From a virus (lineage: Duplodnaviria; Caudoviricetes): 40,948 bases of DNA. The stretch is from positions 1 through 40,948 of the IMG/VR virus record IMGVR_UViG_3300044836_000085; one strand, 5' to 3'. Positions 7,724 to 16,888 of the stretch are shown in pieces. The notes beneath the pieces were generated by a model. The model worked only from the letters and a program-made list of their open reading frames with translations. It had not been told where the DNA came from and ran no database searches. The first letter of the stretch is position 1; each line of letters opens with the position of its first letter. The translations under genes were made by a program, and so were the position numbers.

Positions 7724-8010
7724 AGAAGAAGGCGAAGGACAAGCCCGCCGAGCCGGAGCGTCACGCGCTCACGCTGCAAGAGGCCGAGTTACTAGCCGGG
7801 GCGGCCTACGTCTTCGGCATCAGCGCGGTGACTGCGCTCGTCAAGGAAGTGGTTGCCGAGGCGAGCGGTAAAGGGCCGAACGAACGCGCCGAACCCCCGA
7901 TAGACGCGGACACCCGGCGGCGATTTAAGACGTGGGAGGCGTCGAGGCGTCTGCGCGGACTCCCGCCGTCCGTCGTCGCTCGCGTGCGCGGGCCGAAAGG
8001 GGGTCACTGA
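7720..8010 (+). CDS. Hypothetical protein
   Basis: 96 aa, ATGA overlap with the upstream gene, GGGGG RBS. Confidence 0.7.
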   Translation: MKKKAKDKPAEPERHALTLQEAELLAGAAYVFGISAVTALVKEVVAEASGKGPNERAEPPIDADTRRRFKTWEASRRLRGLPPSVVARVRGPKGGH

Positions 8011-8426
8011 TGGGACGCCCCCGAAAGAAGTCTCCGAAGAAAGTCCTTGATAATCTCGCCTACTTCCCCGGCGTGAAGCCGGAGCGAGAGGCCGCGCCGC
8101 AAAGCCCCGACTGGAACGAACTACGAGCAGAATGGAATTGCTGTCTCGCGGTGACGGAGGGATGCACCCCCGCCGGATGCTTCGACCTCGACAGCGAGGG
8201 CGTCGTCACCGCCTACGACCCGCCGGAGGGCGAATCGGGTTACTACGTCGGGCTCAATTTCTTCTCCGACGTAGCGCCCTTCGTCCGCGACTTCGATTAC
8301 GAAGAGTTCGTAGATTCGGGCTTCGTCAAGGTGTTTAAGTTTGACGGCTGGCAGGTCACGTTCCTGAGAATCATGCCGCCGGGTAACGCGCTGGCTATTT
8401 GCAAGCGGATAGGGGGTGGGCAATGA
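8010..8426 (+). CDS. Hypothetical protein
   Basis: ATG at 8010 overlaps the upstream TGA. Basic N-terminus MGRPRKKSPKK. Confidence 0.7.
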   Translation: MGRPRKKSPKKVLDNLAYFPGVKPEREAAPQSPDWNELRAEWNCCLAVTEGCTPAGCFDLDSEGVVTAYDPPEGESGYYVGLNFFSDVAPFVRDFDYEEFVDSGFVKVFKFDGWQVTFLRIMPPGNALAICKRIGGGQ

Positions 8427-8839
8427 AGGAGGGAGAGGAGGCGCCCGCGTCCTACTACGTGCTAAGCGATGATTATATACTCTGGCCCGACGTGCTGTTG
8501 GAGTTCGTCGAGTCGTCTACCTTCCGCCCCAGTGAACTACACGCGATTGAGCTAATAGACGGGAGGATAATTGTCCGTTACGTGCGACAGGTCACATCTG
8601 TTTGCGGCGAACTGGCGTTAGAGATTCACGGCGACGACGACGCCGAGCGCCACCTGTTGCCGCTCCGATTGGTACGGCGCACCGGCACAGCGCGCCGGTT
8701 CTTCTATGTGAAGGGCAAGGGCGCGCGTGAAAAAGCGTTAGCTACTCCCGCGAACGTCGTCCCCATTGGCGCGTGGCTCGACTCTCACCCGCGCCCGATT
8801 CGCAACCTAATTTTCGCAGAGAAAAGGGGCGACTCGTGA
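8423..8839 (+). CDS. Hypothetical protein (weak S24-like beta fold)
   Basis: ATGA overlap. DVLLEF..IELIDGRIIVRYV..LALE loosely parallels the 7277 gene. Confidence 0.65.
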   Translation: MKEGEEAPASYYVLSDDYILWPDVLLEFVESSTFRPSELHAIELIDGRIIVRYVRQVTSVCGELALEIHGDDDAERHLLPLRLVRRTGTARRFFYVKGKGAREKALATPANVVPIGAWLDSHPRPIRNLIFAEKRGDS

Positions 8840-8847
8840 GACGGTAC

Positions 8848-8894
8848 GGCGAAACAGTCAACGGGCCGTGCATGTGTCAGCACGCGCCCGGCCC
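8848..8894. repeat. Hairpin element paralogous to 7189-7238
   Basis: The 5' part is 23/29 identical and the 3' arm 13/14 identical to the 7189-7238 copy, with a compensatory T-A to C-G stem change. Confidence 0.8.
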
Positions 8895-9213
8895 TATATC
8901 ATTGCCCACAAAAAGAGGGGCAAGCCGCGTGTTACGGTGTTACGTCATTTCCCCACACAGGGAGTAATGGGTTAATGGTTCGCAAGCTTCTTGGACGGGT
9001 GTCTTTGTTATACGTAAAGGGGGAGGAATAGCAGTGGTAAGGCGCGCCCGCGTATCTACATCGCCATTCTTAAGCACCCATTTGGTGTAGCTACATAAGT
9101 CTGTTTAAGCACTAAGGGCGCATCTTTACCGATAATTGTGTAAAACCTTACCCGGCCGGGCCATGCTTCCCGCCGTCTCACCGGGACGACGCTCCTCACG
9201 GCAAAAAACGCGA

Positions 9214-9242
9214 TTGACACGTCCGGACTTCTAATATATATA
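9214..9242 (+). promoter_or_regulatory. Sigma70-like promoter of moron
   Basis: TTGACA (9214-19), 17 nt spacer, TATATA (9237-42). Confidence 0.6.
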
Positions 9243-9708
9243 CGGTTTCACCACCGGAATGGGAAATACATGTTCTCCCTTGCCTTGGCCGGTGGTGCCG
9301 GGGACAGCTCCCATCTCAGCCTTACGGGAAACCGCTCCCCCGGTCTGTCAATCATCTTGTCCCGTGTCTCTACCGTGCGGACGGCCGTCCTCGCATGCGG
9401 CCGGGTGTAGCCGCCCGTTGACCCTCGAAGACGGGCGATCACAACCAAAACCACTCCCCCTTGAGTTGTCACAACCTTTGTGAGCATCAACGGGTCTTGT
9501 ACGGGAAACGAGGAAGTCTAACCGGCCGCGGTCGCCGCCGCCGGACGCTATCAACTCACATGACGTCGGCCGGAGTCATCTGTGCTTCAGGCCGCAGTTG
9601 TATCCGGAGAGGAATGGGTTTGCCCTGACCTTCGCCCCTCGCGGCGAGTCGGCCCGTCTCTCGGCCGGTTTAAGCTCTCTTACGTCACTCACCGAGGTAA
9701 CGATTAAA

Positions 9709-10380
9709 ATGAGATTCCTCTTGGTAGCAATCACCCTGCTAAGCCTCTTCTTCATGACCCCAAGCTCTGCCACAAGCCCTACCCCAAGCCCTGCCCCTTT
9801 CCAGTCATGCGCCTGTGAGGCTGACGACCATAGTTGCTCGGTGAGTGGTTACTGCCCGTATAGCTGCTTGGCCTTCTGCCCCATCGGTAACTGTCGCATC
9901 ACGTGCGTAGGCGGGGGGTACGAAGAGATGCTGGACATGTCGGTGCCCATCACGACTCAACTGAAGAACGCCGACAGCCGCAAGGTGGCTGCCGAACTAG
10001 GCCGGCTCACGGGCGCGCCGGTCACGTTCAACCCGAGGCGGCCCGAAGGAACCTTCGACCTGAATGTTAAGGACAAGCCTCTATGGGATGTCCTCGACGA
10101 GTTATCTTCCAGGGGCAAAATTCAAGTCGGTAAGGAGGATTTCGGCCACCTGCGAAGCATGCGCCAATCCCTCCTGAGCGGCGAGAGGATCGGAGTCTGC
10201 TTCCACAACGTCACGGCCAAGCGTTTGGCGGCTGAACTCTCGTTCCTGTCCGGCCGCGACGTATACGTCAACTGGGGCGACCCTAAGGCGGTGGTTGATT
10301 ACACGGGCAAGGGAGTCACCTTTGAGGAGATAGTGGCACAGGCGTCGCTGAGCGCGGGGGTGCAGATAGACATCAGATGA
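9709..10380 (+). CDS. Secreted moron protein: signal peptide, Cys-rich domain, STN/secretin-N-like repeats
   Basis: ATG at 9709 after GAGGT. Signal peptide MRFLLVAITLLSLFF, then 8 Cys in ~35 aa, then FDLNVKDKPLWDVLDEL and VDYTGKGVTFEEIV (STN-like). Confidence 0.7.
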   Translation: MRFLLVAITLLSLFFMTPSSATSPTPSPAPFQSCACEADDHSCSVSGYCPYSCLAFCPIGNCRITCVGGGYEEMLDMSVPITTQLKNADSRKVAAELGRLTGAPVTFNPRRPEGTFDLNVKDKPLWDVLDELSSRGKIQVGKEDFGHLRSMRQSLLSGERIGVCFHNVTAKRLAAELSFLSGRDVYVNWGDPKAVVDYTGKGVTFEEIVAQASLSAGVQIDIR

Positions 10381-10413
10381 GTTGGGGCGGGGCGCTGCGT
10401 TAATGTAGCGCCC

Positions 10414-11196
10414 TCACTGCAATTCTTTTTTAACCTTGTATTTATTATCGTAGACGTCGATGAACGATACGGTGTAGCGCATACCCGCCTGACGGAGGAT
10501 ACTTCCCGGAAGCGGCAAGCTGAGCATTAGCCAGCCTTCTACCTCATCATCCTTACGAATAGATTCCCGAGTCTTTTTTATAATAGAGTCCTGCGGTTGA
10601 ATGACGATAGGTTTCCCGCCCGCTTGCGGAATCGTGTAATTCCCACTTATCTCCTCGAAGAAGCCATTAAACTCAATACTCTTAGAGCTGACGTGGTTGA
10701 TCAGGATGGTGTACTGGTTGACAGGCGTTGGCGGCCCCACGTTCTTTATTGATAGGTATATGAACACTTGAGCGCTATCACCTTGAACCGGAACAACTTC
10801 CAACTTTTTGATGTCCCCGGATAAGCTCCCGGGTGTGGGCGTAGGGGTCGGCGATGGTGTTGGGGGCGGGCTGACTTTCGGTATTGCGACAAAAGTTAAT
10901 ACTGCGGCAATGAGTGCAATCACAACTATAACGCCAGCAGTTACCCGAAACCTTTTCGCACGGTCGCGTATCTGCTCAAGTGCCAGATTGTATTGTTGCT
11001 CAGGGAGAAGTTTGCGGGTGTCAATGTTAAAAAGAACTAAGGTTCGTTCGACGAGTGCAGCCCTCTTGGCTTCCGGCACACTTTTAATAAGGCGCTCTCT
11101 TCGTAAGAGATACGACCTGTAAAGCCACGCCGCGAGTGCGCAAAGGAACGCTACCAGCGTGAGCCCGGAGCCGACATATTTGATGGCAGTCCACAT
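10414..11196 (-). CDS. Membrane-anchored moron protein
   Basis: Two hydrophobic segments, a PT-rich linker and a beta-rich C-domain. GGAG RBS; AT-richer DNA. Confidence 0.75.
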   Translation of the reverse strand: MWTAIKYVGSGLTLVAFLCALAAWLYRSYLLRRERLIKSVPEAKRAALVERTLVLFNIDTRKLLPEQQYNLALEQIRDRAKRFRVTAGVIVVIALIAAVLTFVAIPKVSPPPTPSPTPTPTPGSLSGDIKKLEVVPVQGDSAQVFIYLSIKNVGPPTPVNQYTILINHVSSKSIEFNGFFEEISGNYTIPQAGGKPIVIQPQDSIIKKTRESIRKDDEVEGWLMLSLPLPGSILRQAGMRYTVSFIDVYDNKYKVKKELQ

Positions 11197-11522
11197 CTAA
11201 TATTCTCCCCTCCAATACATGTTAGGCGCGCGGTTGCATTATCTGGTGAGACCGGCGATGTTTAGAAGAGTATACACTTGGACTCCGCAAGGAAGTATCA
11301 CTGCGTCCCCGCCGCGACTCTCACATTAGCGGCCGACAGATACAGTGTTCATTTTATCAGCATTCATGAGGCTGCCGAACGCCAACCAGTGAGAACGAAG
11401 CGCACAGGTTTCGCTCCTCAAAGTCTACATGGTTATCGGTTGGCTGCGGAACTCTATACGCAAACAAGGAAGAAAGGCAAGGGTGTATACGCCCGCGCGG
11501 GAGTAAGCATGCTGGCTCGCTG

Positions 11523-13571
11523 TTAAGGCTCAAAGCTCAGGGTGCCCGCGCCGGAAAGGATGTCGAGCTTTCCGGCGACCGTGCAGCCGAGGACGACAGA
11601 CCCGCCCGCCGACACTTCGAGATACTTGCCAGCGCCGCCCGTGCCGACCGTCTCCGTTCCGTTCGGGTCAATCCTCATCACCTGCGTGCTGTTGTTGATA
11701 AAGGTCGTCGGCTTCATTCCCGCGTAGGCAGCGAAGCCGAGCGTGATGGTCACGGTCGCGCCCGCGCCGCTCGTGTAGACGAACGTCCCGACCTGAAGCG
11801 CGTCAACCGTCGTGCTCGTGGTTATGTTGCGGGAGTCGCCGAAGACGTGCAGATGCTCGACCGCCCTCTCGTATAGCTCGAAGCGGTTGCCGTATGACCC
11901 GACTATCGGCTCGCTGTATCTGAAAGTGAGCGACGCGCCCGTCCCGGAGTAGACCTGCCCCTCGAACTTGTTCGCCCTCGGCCTGACGCCTAAAGCGTTG
12001 CCGAGTAGCAGAACCTCCCACGAGTTCGCATTCAAGACCGACGACTTGCCTATCGTTATGCCGTATGCCTTATTGCCGACGCATGGGCCTTCCATGAGGA
12101 CGGAGGCGAGGTCTGTGCGCGAAGTGTTGGCGACCGCCGCGAAGCTTCCGCCGAAGATGGTGTTATAGCTGCACGAAGGCTCGCCCGTCGCGGTGTTGCC
12201 CGTTGACTGAAACCAGATGCCGTAGTCAAGCCCTTCCTTCCCCTCGTTGGCGAAGCCTGAGACGCTGTTGAATGAGGTGTCCTTAAACCTCAAGGCCGCG
12301 CCGCTGATTCTTACCGTACCGCCCGACGCCGAGCCCGTCTCGCTGACCGCGTCGTAAGTGAAGGTTGTCGAGTTTGTGACCGTGATCGAGCGCGGCGACG
12401 TGAAGTTATAGTTAGTGCCGGTGACGCCCGACATCGTGACCCTGTCCATCGTCTCGCAGCCGTGCGGCGTCGTAGTAACGACCGTGACCGTCGAGCCCGA
12501 CTTCGAGATACTTGAGACCGCGCGCGTGTTGCTCAGGTTGGAGTCTTCAACGCGCAGGCTCAAGAACTTATTGTTTGCGCCGCCGTTTATCATCGGGCCT
12601 TGCAGGGTGTTGTTGCCCGCGTGCAGGAAGAGCTTGGAGTTTGAGCATCCTTCGAGGTAGAGCGGATATCGCCCCTCCTCCGTGCGTAAGTCCAGCATCA
12701 ACTCTAGCCCGCCCCTGATATAGACGACATCGGCAAGGTTGCCCGAACCTACTACCTTAACGTTGATAGTGCCGAAGAGGCGGTTGCTCGTCCCGCCCTG
12801 CGCCTTGAGTGAGAGCGTCGGGGCGGACATCGTTCCGCGCCCGCCGAGAGAGAAGTCGCGGAAGATTAGCGTCGTGTTCGGGTCGCTGGCGCCGAGGTCG
12901 AGAGAGAGGGCCGGGCTTCCCGCCGAGGCCGTGCGAATAGAGCAGCCGTCGCCGCTGCCGAGTATCGTCACGGGGTAGACGGCATTAGAAGGCGCGGGGA
13001 TTGTGATGCTCGCCTTGTAGGGTCGCGCGAGCAGACGGAGCGCGATGCCGCGCGATGTCTTGATGGCCGCGAGCGCCGCGTTGAAGGCCGTCGAGTCGTT
13101 CGTCGAGTCGTTCCCCTGCGCGCCCCACCATTCCGCATAGACGCAATCGAGGAGCGTGTTCGGGGTCGTGTCCGACTGGACGAACTTGACGTTGACCGAG
13201 CCGAAGAAGCGCTGCGTCGGGTCGGAGATGAAACCGCCTCGGATGGTCAGGTCGAAGGACGAGGCAGAGGTAAAGCCACCCGCGCCGATGCACTCAAGCG
13301 TTATCGTTGTCGGCACGTCAACCGCCGCCGTGAGCGTCTGAAGAGTGGGGATGATTAAGTGCTGATGGCCCGCGCCGGTCAGCGCCGTGATTGCCGCCGC
13401 GAATGAAGAGAACTCCGAGACGTAATGCACATGCGTGTCGGCGGGCGCACCGGGCGCGAGCTTCAGGAGTCCGTTGTCTGCCACGGCGCCGGGCGCGAGG
13501 ATGCGCGTCACCCAACCGACGGTGTTGCCTGCGCCGTTAAGCACCTCTATCTGTCCGAGTCTCGCGCTCAC
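11523..13571 (-). CDS. Tailspike / receptor-binding protein with pectate-lyase-like beta-helix
   Basis: AEWWGAQGNDSTNDSTAFNAAL is the typical beta-helix depolymerase start. It is the last gene of the tail operon. Confidence 0.8.
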   Translation of the reverse strand: MSARLGQIEVLNGAGNTVGWVTRILAPGAVADNGLLKLAPGAPADTHVHYVSEFSSFAAAITALTGAGHQHLIIPTLQTLTAAVDVPTTITLECIGAGGFTSASSFDLTIRGGFISDPTQRFFGSVNVKFVQSDTTPNTLLDCVYAEWWGAQGNDSTNDSTAFNAALAAIKTSRGIALRLLARPYKASITIPAPSNAVYPVTILGSGDGCSIRTASAGSPALSLDLGASDPNTTLIFRDFSLGGRGTMSAPTLSLKAQGGTSNRLFGTINVKVVGSGNLADVVYIRGGLELMLDLRTEEGRYPLYLEGCSNSKLFLHAGNNTLQGPMINGGANNKFLSLRVEDSNLSNTRAVSSISKSGSTVTVVTTTPHGCETMDRVTMSGVTGTNYNFTSPRSITVTNSTTFTYDAVSETGSASGGTVRISGAALRFKDTSFNSVSGFANEGKEGLDYGIWFQSTGNTATGEPSCSYNTIFGGSFAAVANTSRTDLASVLMEGPCVGNKAYGITIGKSSVLNANSWEVLLLGNALGVRPRANKFEGQVYSGTGASLTFRYSEPIVGSYGNRFELYERAVEHLHVFGDSRNITTSTTVDALQVGTFVYTSGAGATVTITLGFAAYAGMKPTTFINNSTQVMRIDPNGTETVGTGGAGKYLEVSAGGSVVLGCTVAGKLDILSGAGTLSFEP

Positions 13572-16500
13572 GGGAAAGTCACCTCCGTTATCTGCCCGTC
13601 AATCACGACGCCCTGAATAACCTTCTGCTGGCAAGCTCTGACTGTTATCGAAGCTTGTGCGGAGCCGAAGTCGGCGACCTGCTCGGCCACGTTGTAGTTG
13701 ATGGCCGCGCCCGCGTCCTCAATCTCTATCTCCTCCCAAGAGATGAGACCGACGGGCGAGAGGAACTGCACCTCAAGCGGGAAGGCGAAGGCGGGGTTTG
13801 TTACCGAGTGCGTGTAGAAGGGCGCGGTGTCCCGGCCGCGGTTGCGATAGAACTTGACCTTGCCGTCCACGAACTCGACAGAGTAGTGCGTGCCTGAAGG
13901 CTCGCCGTCAGTGTCCTCGAAGAGAGGCGAGCCGTGCTCGCTGTCCGTTATGCGAAGGAAGGGCGTCTCGGTCGAAGTGCGCGCGCGCACAAACATCTGT
14001 AGCGCGACCGACCCGCCGGGGCTGAAGGTCACTGAGGCAGGCCCGGCCGTCGGACTCGCCGACGTGAGTACGGTCGTAAACTCGAAGGAGAGCACGGTGC
14101 GCTCGCCCCGTATTAGCTGCTGGACGTAGCCGACGCCTCCGATTGAATTACCGGGAAGGTCGGCGGGCACGTATGAAGACTCGCCCGACCCCGGCGGGTC
14201 AAGACTTCCGACGCCTAGCACCGAACCGTCCGCGAGCGTGACGGGCCGTGCCGTGTCGCTCCGCAGCACCCACGGCTGACGCGGGCTGCCGTCAATCTCT
14301 ACCTTGTAACGCTCGCCGCCCGCCTCGGTCGTGATCGTGCCGAAGAGCTGAAGCCGCCAATTCCCCAACGTGTCTTTCGTCGCCGTGACGCCGGGCTTCG
14401 GATACTGCTGCGACACCCCTTTGAGCGTGACCGTCACCGACGAGGCGACCTCGGCGTCCGCATACGCCTGTCCGAACGTCTGCCCGATGAACGTCACGGG
14501 CAGGCCCACTTCATCGGGCCTCACCTCGAAGGCTTGCACGGCCTCGTCGAGCAGGAGGAAGGTGTCGCCGTCGGCGTGCAGATTGGCGAAGACCTGCGTG
14601 CCGTAGATGCCCGTGACCACGCCCGTGACGAGGTACTGAGCGACGAAGGGGAAGGTCGGAACTTGCGGGACGGCCGAGACGAACTGAAGCACCTCCCAAC
14701 GCGACCCCGACCCGTAGAGAGCGACGTTGAGGCGGTCAGCCTGCACGTCCGCGAGCGTGCGCGACTCTATGCCTCCGCCGTCGAAGTAGAGTTTGACGAC
14801 GAAGTAGCGCGCGGACTGATAGCCACTCGTCACACTTCCCTGCGAGGCGGTCTCGACGACGCCCATAGTGGCGGCCTTCTGCGTCGAGCCAAGCCGCTCG
14901 GCGTCTCCCGTCTGTCCGACTTTATTGAACGCGAAGCCCCGCCACGCACCGCGCCCTCGCGCGCATCCCGCTCCATAGACGACGAGCTTGCTTAAATCTT
15001 CCTTTCGCAAAGGCACGCAGTCGGTGACCGCTAGCAACGTGTTTGCTGGGAAGGCGTCCGTCGGAGTCTCGCGGCCCAGAGAGAGCTGCGCGGGGAAGGT
15101 CTGGTTGTAGAGGCTCGCGCGCTCAGGGACGGCCTTCCACTTGATGAGACTCTGAAGCTCCGCCGACTTCGACGTGAGCCTGACCGTGTGCGTCACGTCG
15201 GGCAAAACTATCGTCCCGACATCGGTCGGAGAGAGGTGTCGAAACTTCGGCCCCGTGGCGAACTCGAACGGCCTCTGCTCAAGCTCCTTCGTGTCGAGGT
15301 AGCGTCGGCCGACCGCGACGGCAGTATCTCCGTCCGAGACGATTGCGAAGGTCAAGGTGTCTCGGTCGAAGGCGTCTCCGATTGACGCCTGCGCCTGCTC
15401 GCCCGCCGTGTGAAAGTCTTTCTTCTCGGAAGAGTCGAGATAGAGAATGTCCACGCTCTGCGGCGCGTCCGCAGGGTCTTCGATTGTGCGGCGTATCGGG
15501 CCTCTCGGCGTCTCGTCCGTCTCGCGCCGCGCCCACAGGTCGGCTTCGGTGAGCGTGAAGGAATTGCTCTGCCCGCGCGGGACGGCTACGACCTTGCCGC
15601 CCAACGGCAGAACGTCGAAGTTGAACCAGACCTGAAGCTGCGTTATCCAATTCGACAACTGCTCGCGCGTGTGAACCACGAAGCCGTCGGGGATAGTGCC
15701 AGCGAGCAGAGAGAAGTCAACCTCCTCCGCGCCGAGGCGGTTGTCCTGCCGATAAAGGTCTTCAACGATAGCGGCGAGGTCTTGAATGTACGGCTCAACC
15801 TCAAAGGTGAAATTTCCGAGTTGCCCTCTCTCGCTCTTGATGAGGTAGTCATCGAAGACGACGCCCGACTCGCCGCGCCACGCCGGGACGTTGGCGGCTC
15901 CCTCAGCGGCGATGATAATGGGCGACTGAAGCTGCGTTTCCGTGCCCGTGTAGAACTCGAAAGGCGCTTGACCTCCGCCCGTGAGCGTGCCGGTCGCCGT
16001 GCCGGTCGCGTCGTAAGAGATTGCCGCGTTGTAGAAGGGCGAGGGGTCGTCTGGGTCGTCTGGGTAAGGCGAGCCCTCGTCAACGACGTGCGTCACGACG
16101 GGCCGCGGGTCGGGCACAGGGCCGGAAGGCGCGCGGACGTGTATACGGTCAAGGGCTATCGCCGAGAGGCCCGAATGGAAGACGGCGACCTCGTTCCCTC
16201 CTCTGTTGAGCGTGCGGCTGACTGTTACGACGCCGACCGCTCCGCCCGTAGACGGTAGCGTCACCGAAGACCCCACGCCATTAACAAGCAGCGTGACGCC
16301 CGTCGAAGAGGTCGCCTTGTAGAAGATGGTCAGGACGTTTGAGCCTGTGGCTACAGCGCGCACGCCTTCAAACGTAACGCTTCCGCCCGTCGAGAGTGAG
16401 ACCGCGCGGCCTCCTGAATAGTCCGTTCCGTCCGAGACGATGGCCGCCCCTGAGAGCGCCGCAAGCTCGGCCTCGTAGAAGTCGGCGAAGGAGTCCGAGC

Positions 16501-16888
16501 CGTCGTCGTTGAATACGACCTCGATGTCTTCCCAGATGCGGCGGTAACGCCTTATGCGGTTGCCGCAGACGAGAATGGCGAAGGACTTTCGATAAGTGAA
16601 ATTATTGGCCGGAGGCTCGGCCTGACGACTCCCGCCGCCCTTCCCCGCCGAACGTCCAGGCGTGCGCGTCACGTATTCCTGCGTCGGCGTGCCCCAACGG
16701 ATGACACCGCCCATGCGCACACGCTTGCCGTAGGCCAGCGGCTTGAACGCGCCCTCCTCCATGACCGTGATGCGAATGTCGTCGAGCTTGCCGCGGTCTA
16801 CGGCCTGAAGCTTCGGTTTAGGCGTGAGCAGAGACGAGGCAACGGCAGTGCCCACCATTATCCCGACTTGTATTGCAAGAGTAGCCAT
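13568..16888 (-). CDS. Central tail tip / host-specificity protein (GTA-like, phage tail_3) with CBM insert
   Basis: PLAYGKRVRMGGVIRW, PAWRG and GNFTFEV motifs. It follows NlpC/P60, and ATG at 16888 overlaps the upstream stop. Confidence 0.88.
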   Translation of the reverse strand: MATLAIQVGIMVGTAVASSLLTPKPKLQAVDRGKLDDIRITVMEEGAFKPLAYGKRVRMGGVIRWGTPTQEYVTRTPGRSAGKGGGSRQAEPPANNFTYRKSFAILVCGNRIRRYRRIWEDIEVVFNDDGSDSFADFYEAELAALSGAAIVSDGTDYSGGRAVSLSTGGSVTFEGVRAVATGSNVLTIFYKATSSTGVTLLVNGVGSSVTLPSTGGAVGVVTVSRTLNRGGNEVAVFHSGLSAIALDRIHVRAPSGPVPDPRPVVTHVVDEGSPYPDDPDDPSPFYNAAISYDATGTATGTLTGGGQAPFEFYTGTETQLQSPIIIAAEGAANVPAWRGESGVVFDDYLIKSERGQLGNFTFEVEPYIQDLAAIVEDLYRQDNRLGAEEVDFSLLAGTIPDGFVVHTREQLSNWITQLQVWFNFDVLPLGGKVVAVPRGQSNSFTLTEADLWARRETDETPRGPIRRTIEDPADAPQSVDILYLDSSEKKDFHTAGEQAQASIGDAFDRDTLTFAIVSDGDTAVAVGRRYLDTKELEQRPFEFATGPKFRHLSPTDVGTIVLPDVTHTVRLTSKSAELQSLIKWKAVPERASLYNQTFPAQLSLGRETPTDAFPANTLLAVTDCVPLRKEDLSKLVVYGAGCARGRGAWRGFAFNKVGQTGDAERLGSTQKAATMGVVETASQGSVTSGYQSARYFVVKLYFDGGGIESRTLADVQADRLNVALYGSGSRWEVLQFVSAVPQVPTFPFVAQYLVTGVVTGIYGTQVFANLHADGDTFLLLDEAVQAFEVRPDEVGLPVTFIGQTFGQAYADAEVASSVTVTLKGVSQQYPKPGVTATKDTLGNWRLQLFGTITTEAGGERYKVEIDGSPRQPWVLRSDTARPVTLADGSVLGVGSLDPPGSGESSYVPADLPGNSIGGVGYVQQLIRGERTVLSFEFTTVLTSASPTAGPASVTFSPGGSVALQMFVRARTSTETPFLRITDSEHGSPLFEDTDGEPSGTHYSVEFVDGKVKFYRNRGRDTAPFYTHSVTNPAFAFPLEVQFLSPVGLISWEEIEIEDAGAAINYNVAEQVADFGSAQASITVRACQQKVIQGVVIDGQITEVTFP

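Noticed and set aside
9757-9800. Short CCCCAAGC-type tandem repeats
   Set aside because: They are explained by the Thr/Pro/Ser linker codons and are not a CRISPR or iteron array.
11268-11494. Two GTATAC-centred mini-palindromes and an 82-aa ORF in the moron-tailspike gap
   Set aside because: They are too short to distinguish from chance, and the ORF lacks an RBS and motifs.
11523-16888. Diversity-generating retroelement or invertible tail-fibre cassette
   Set aside because: There is no reverse transcriptase, invertase or duplicated template repeat in the window.
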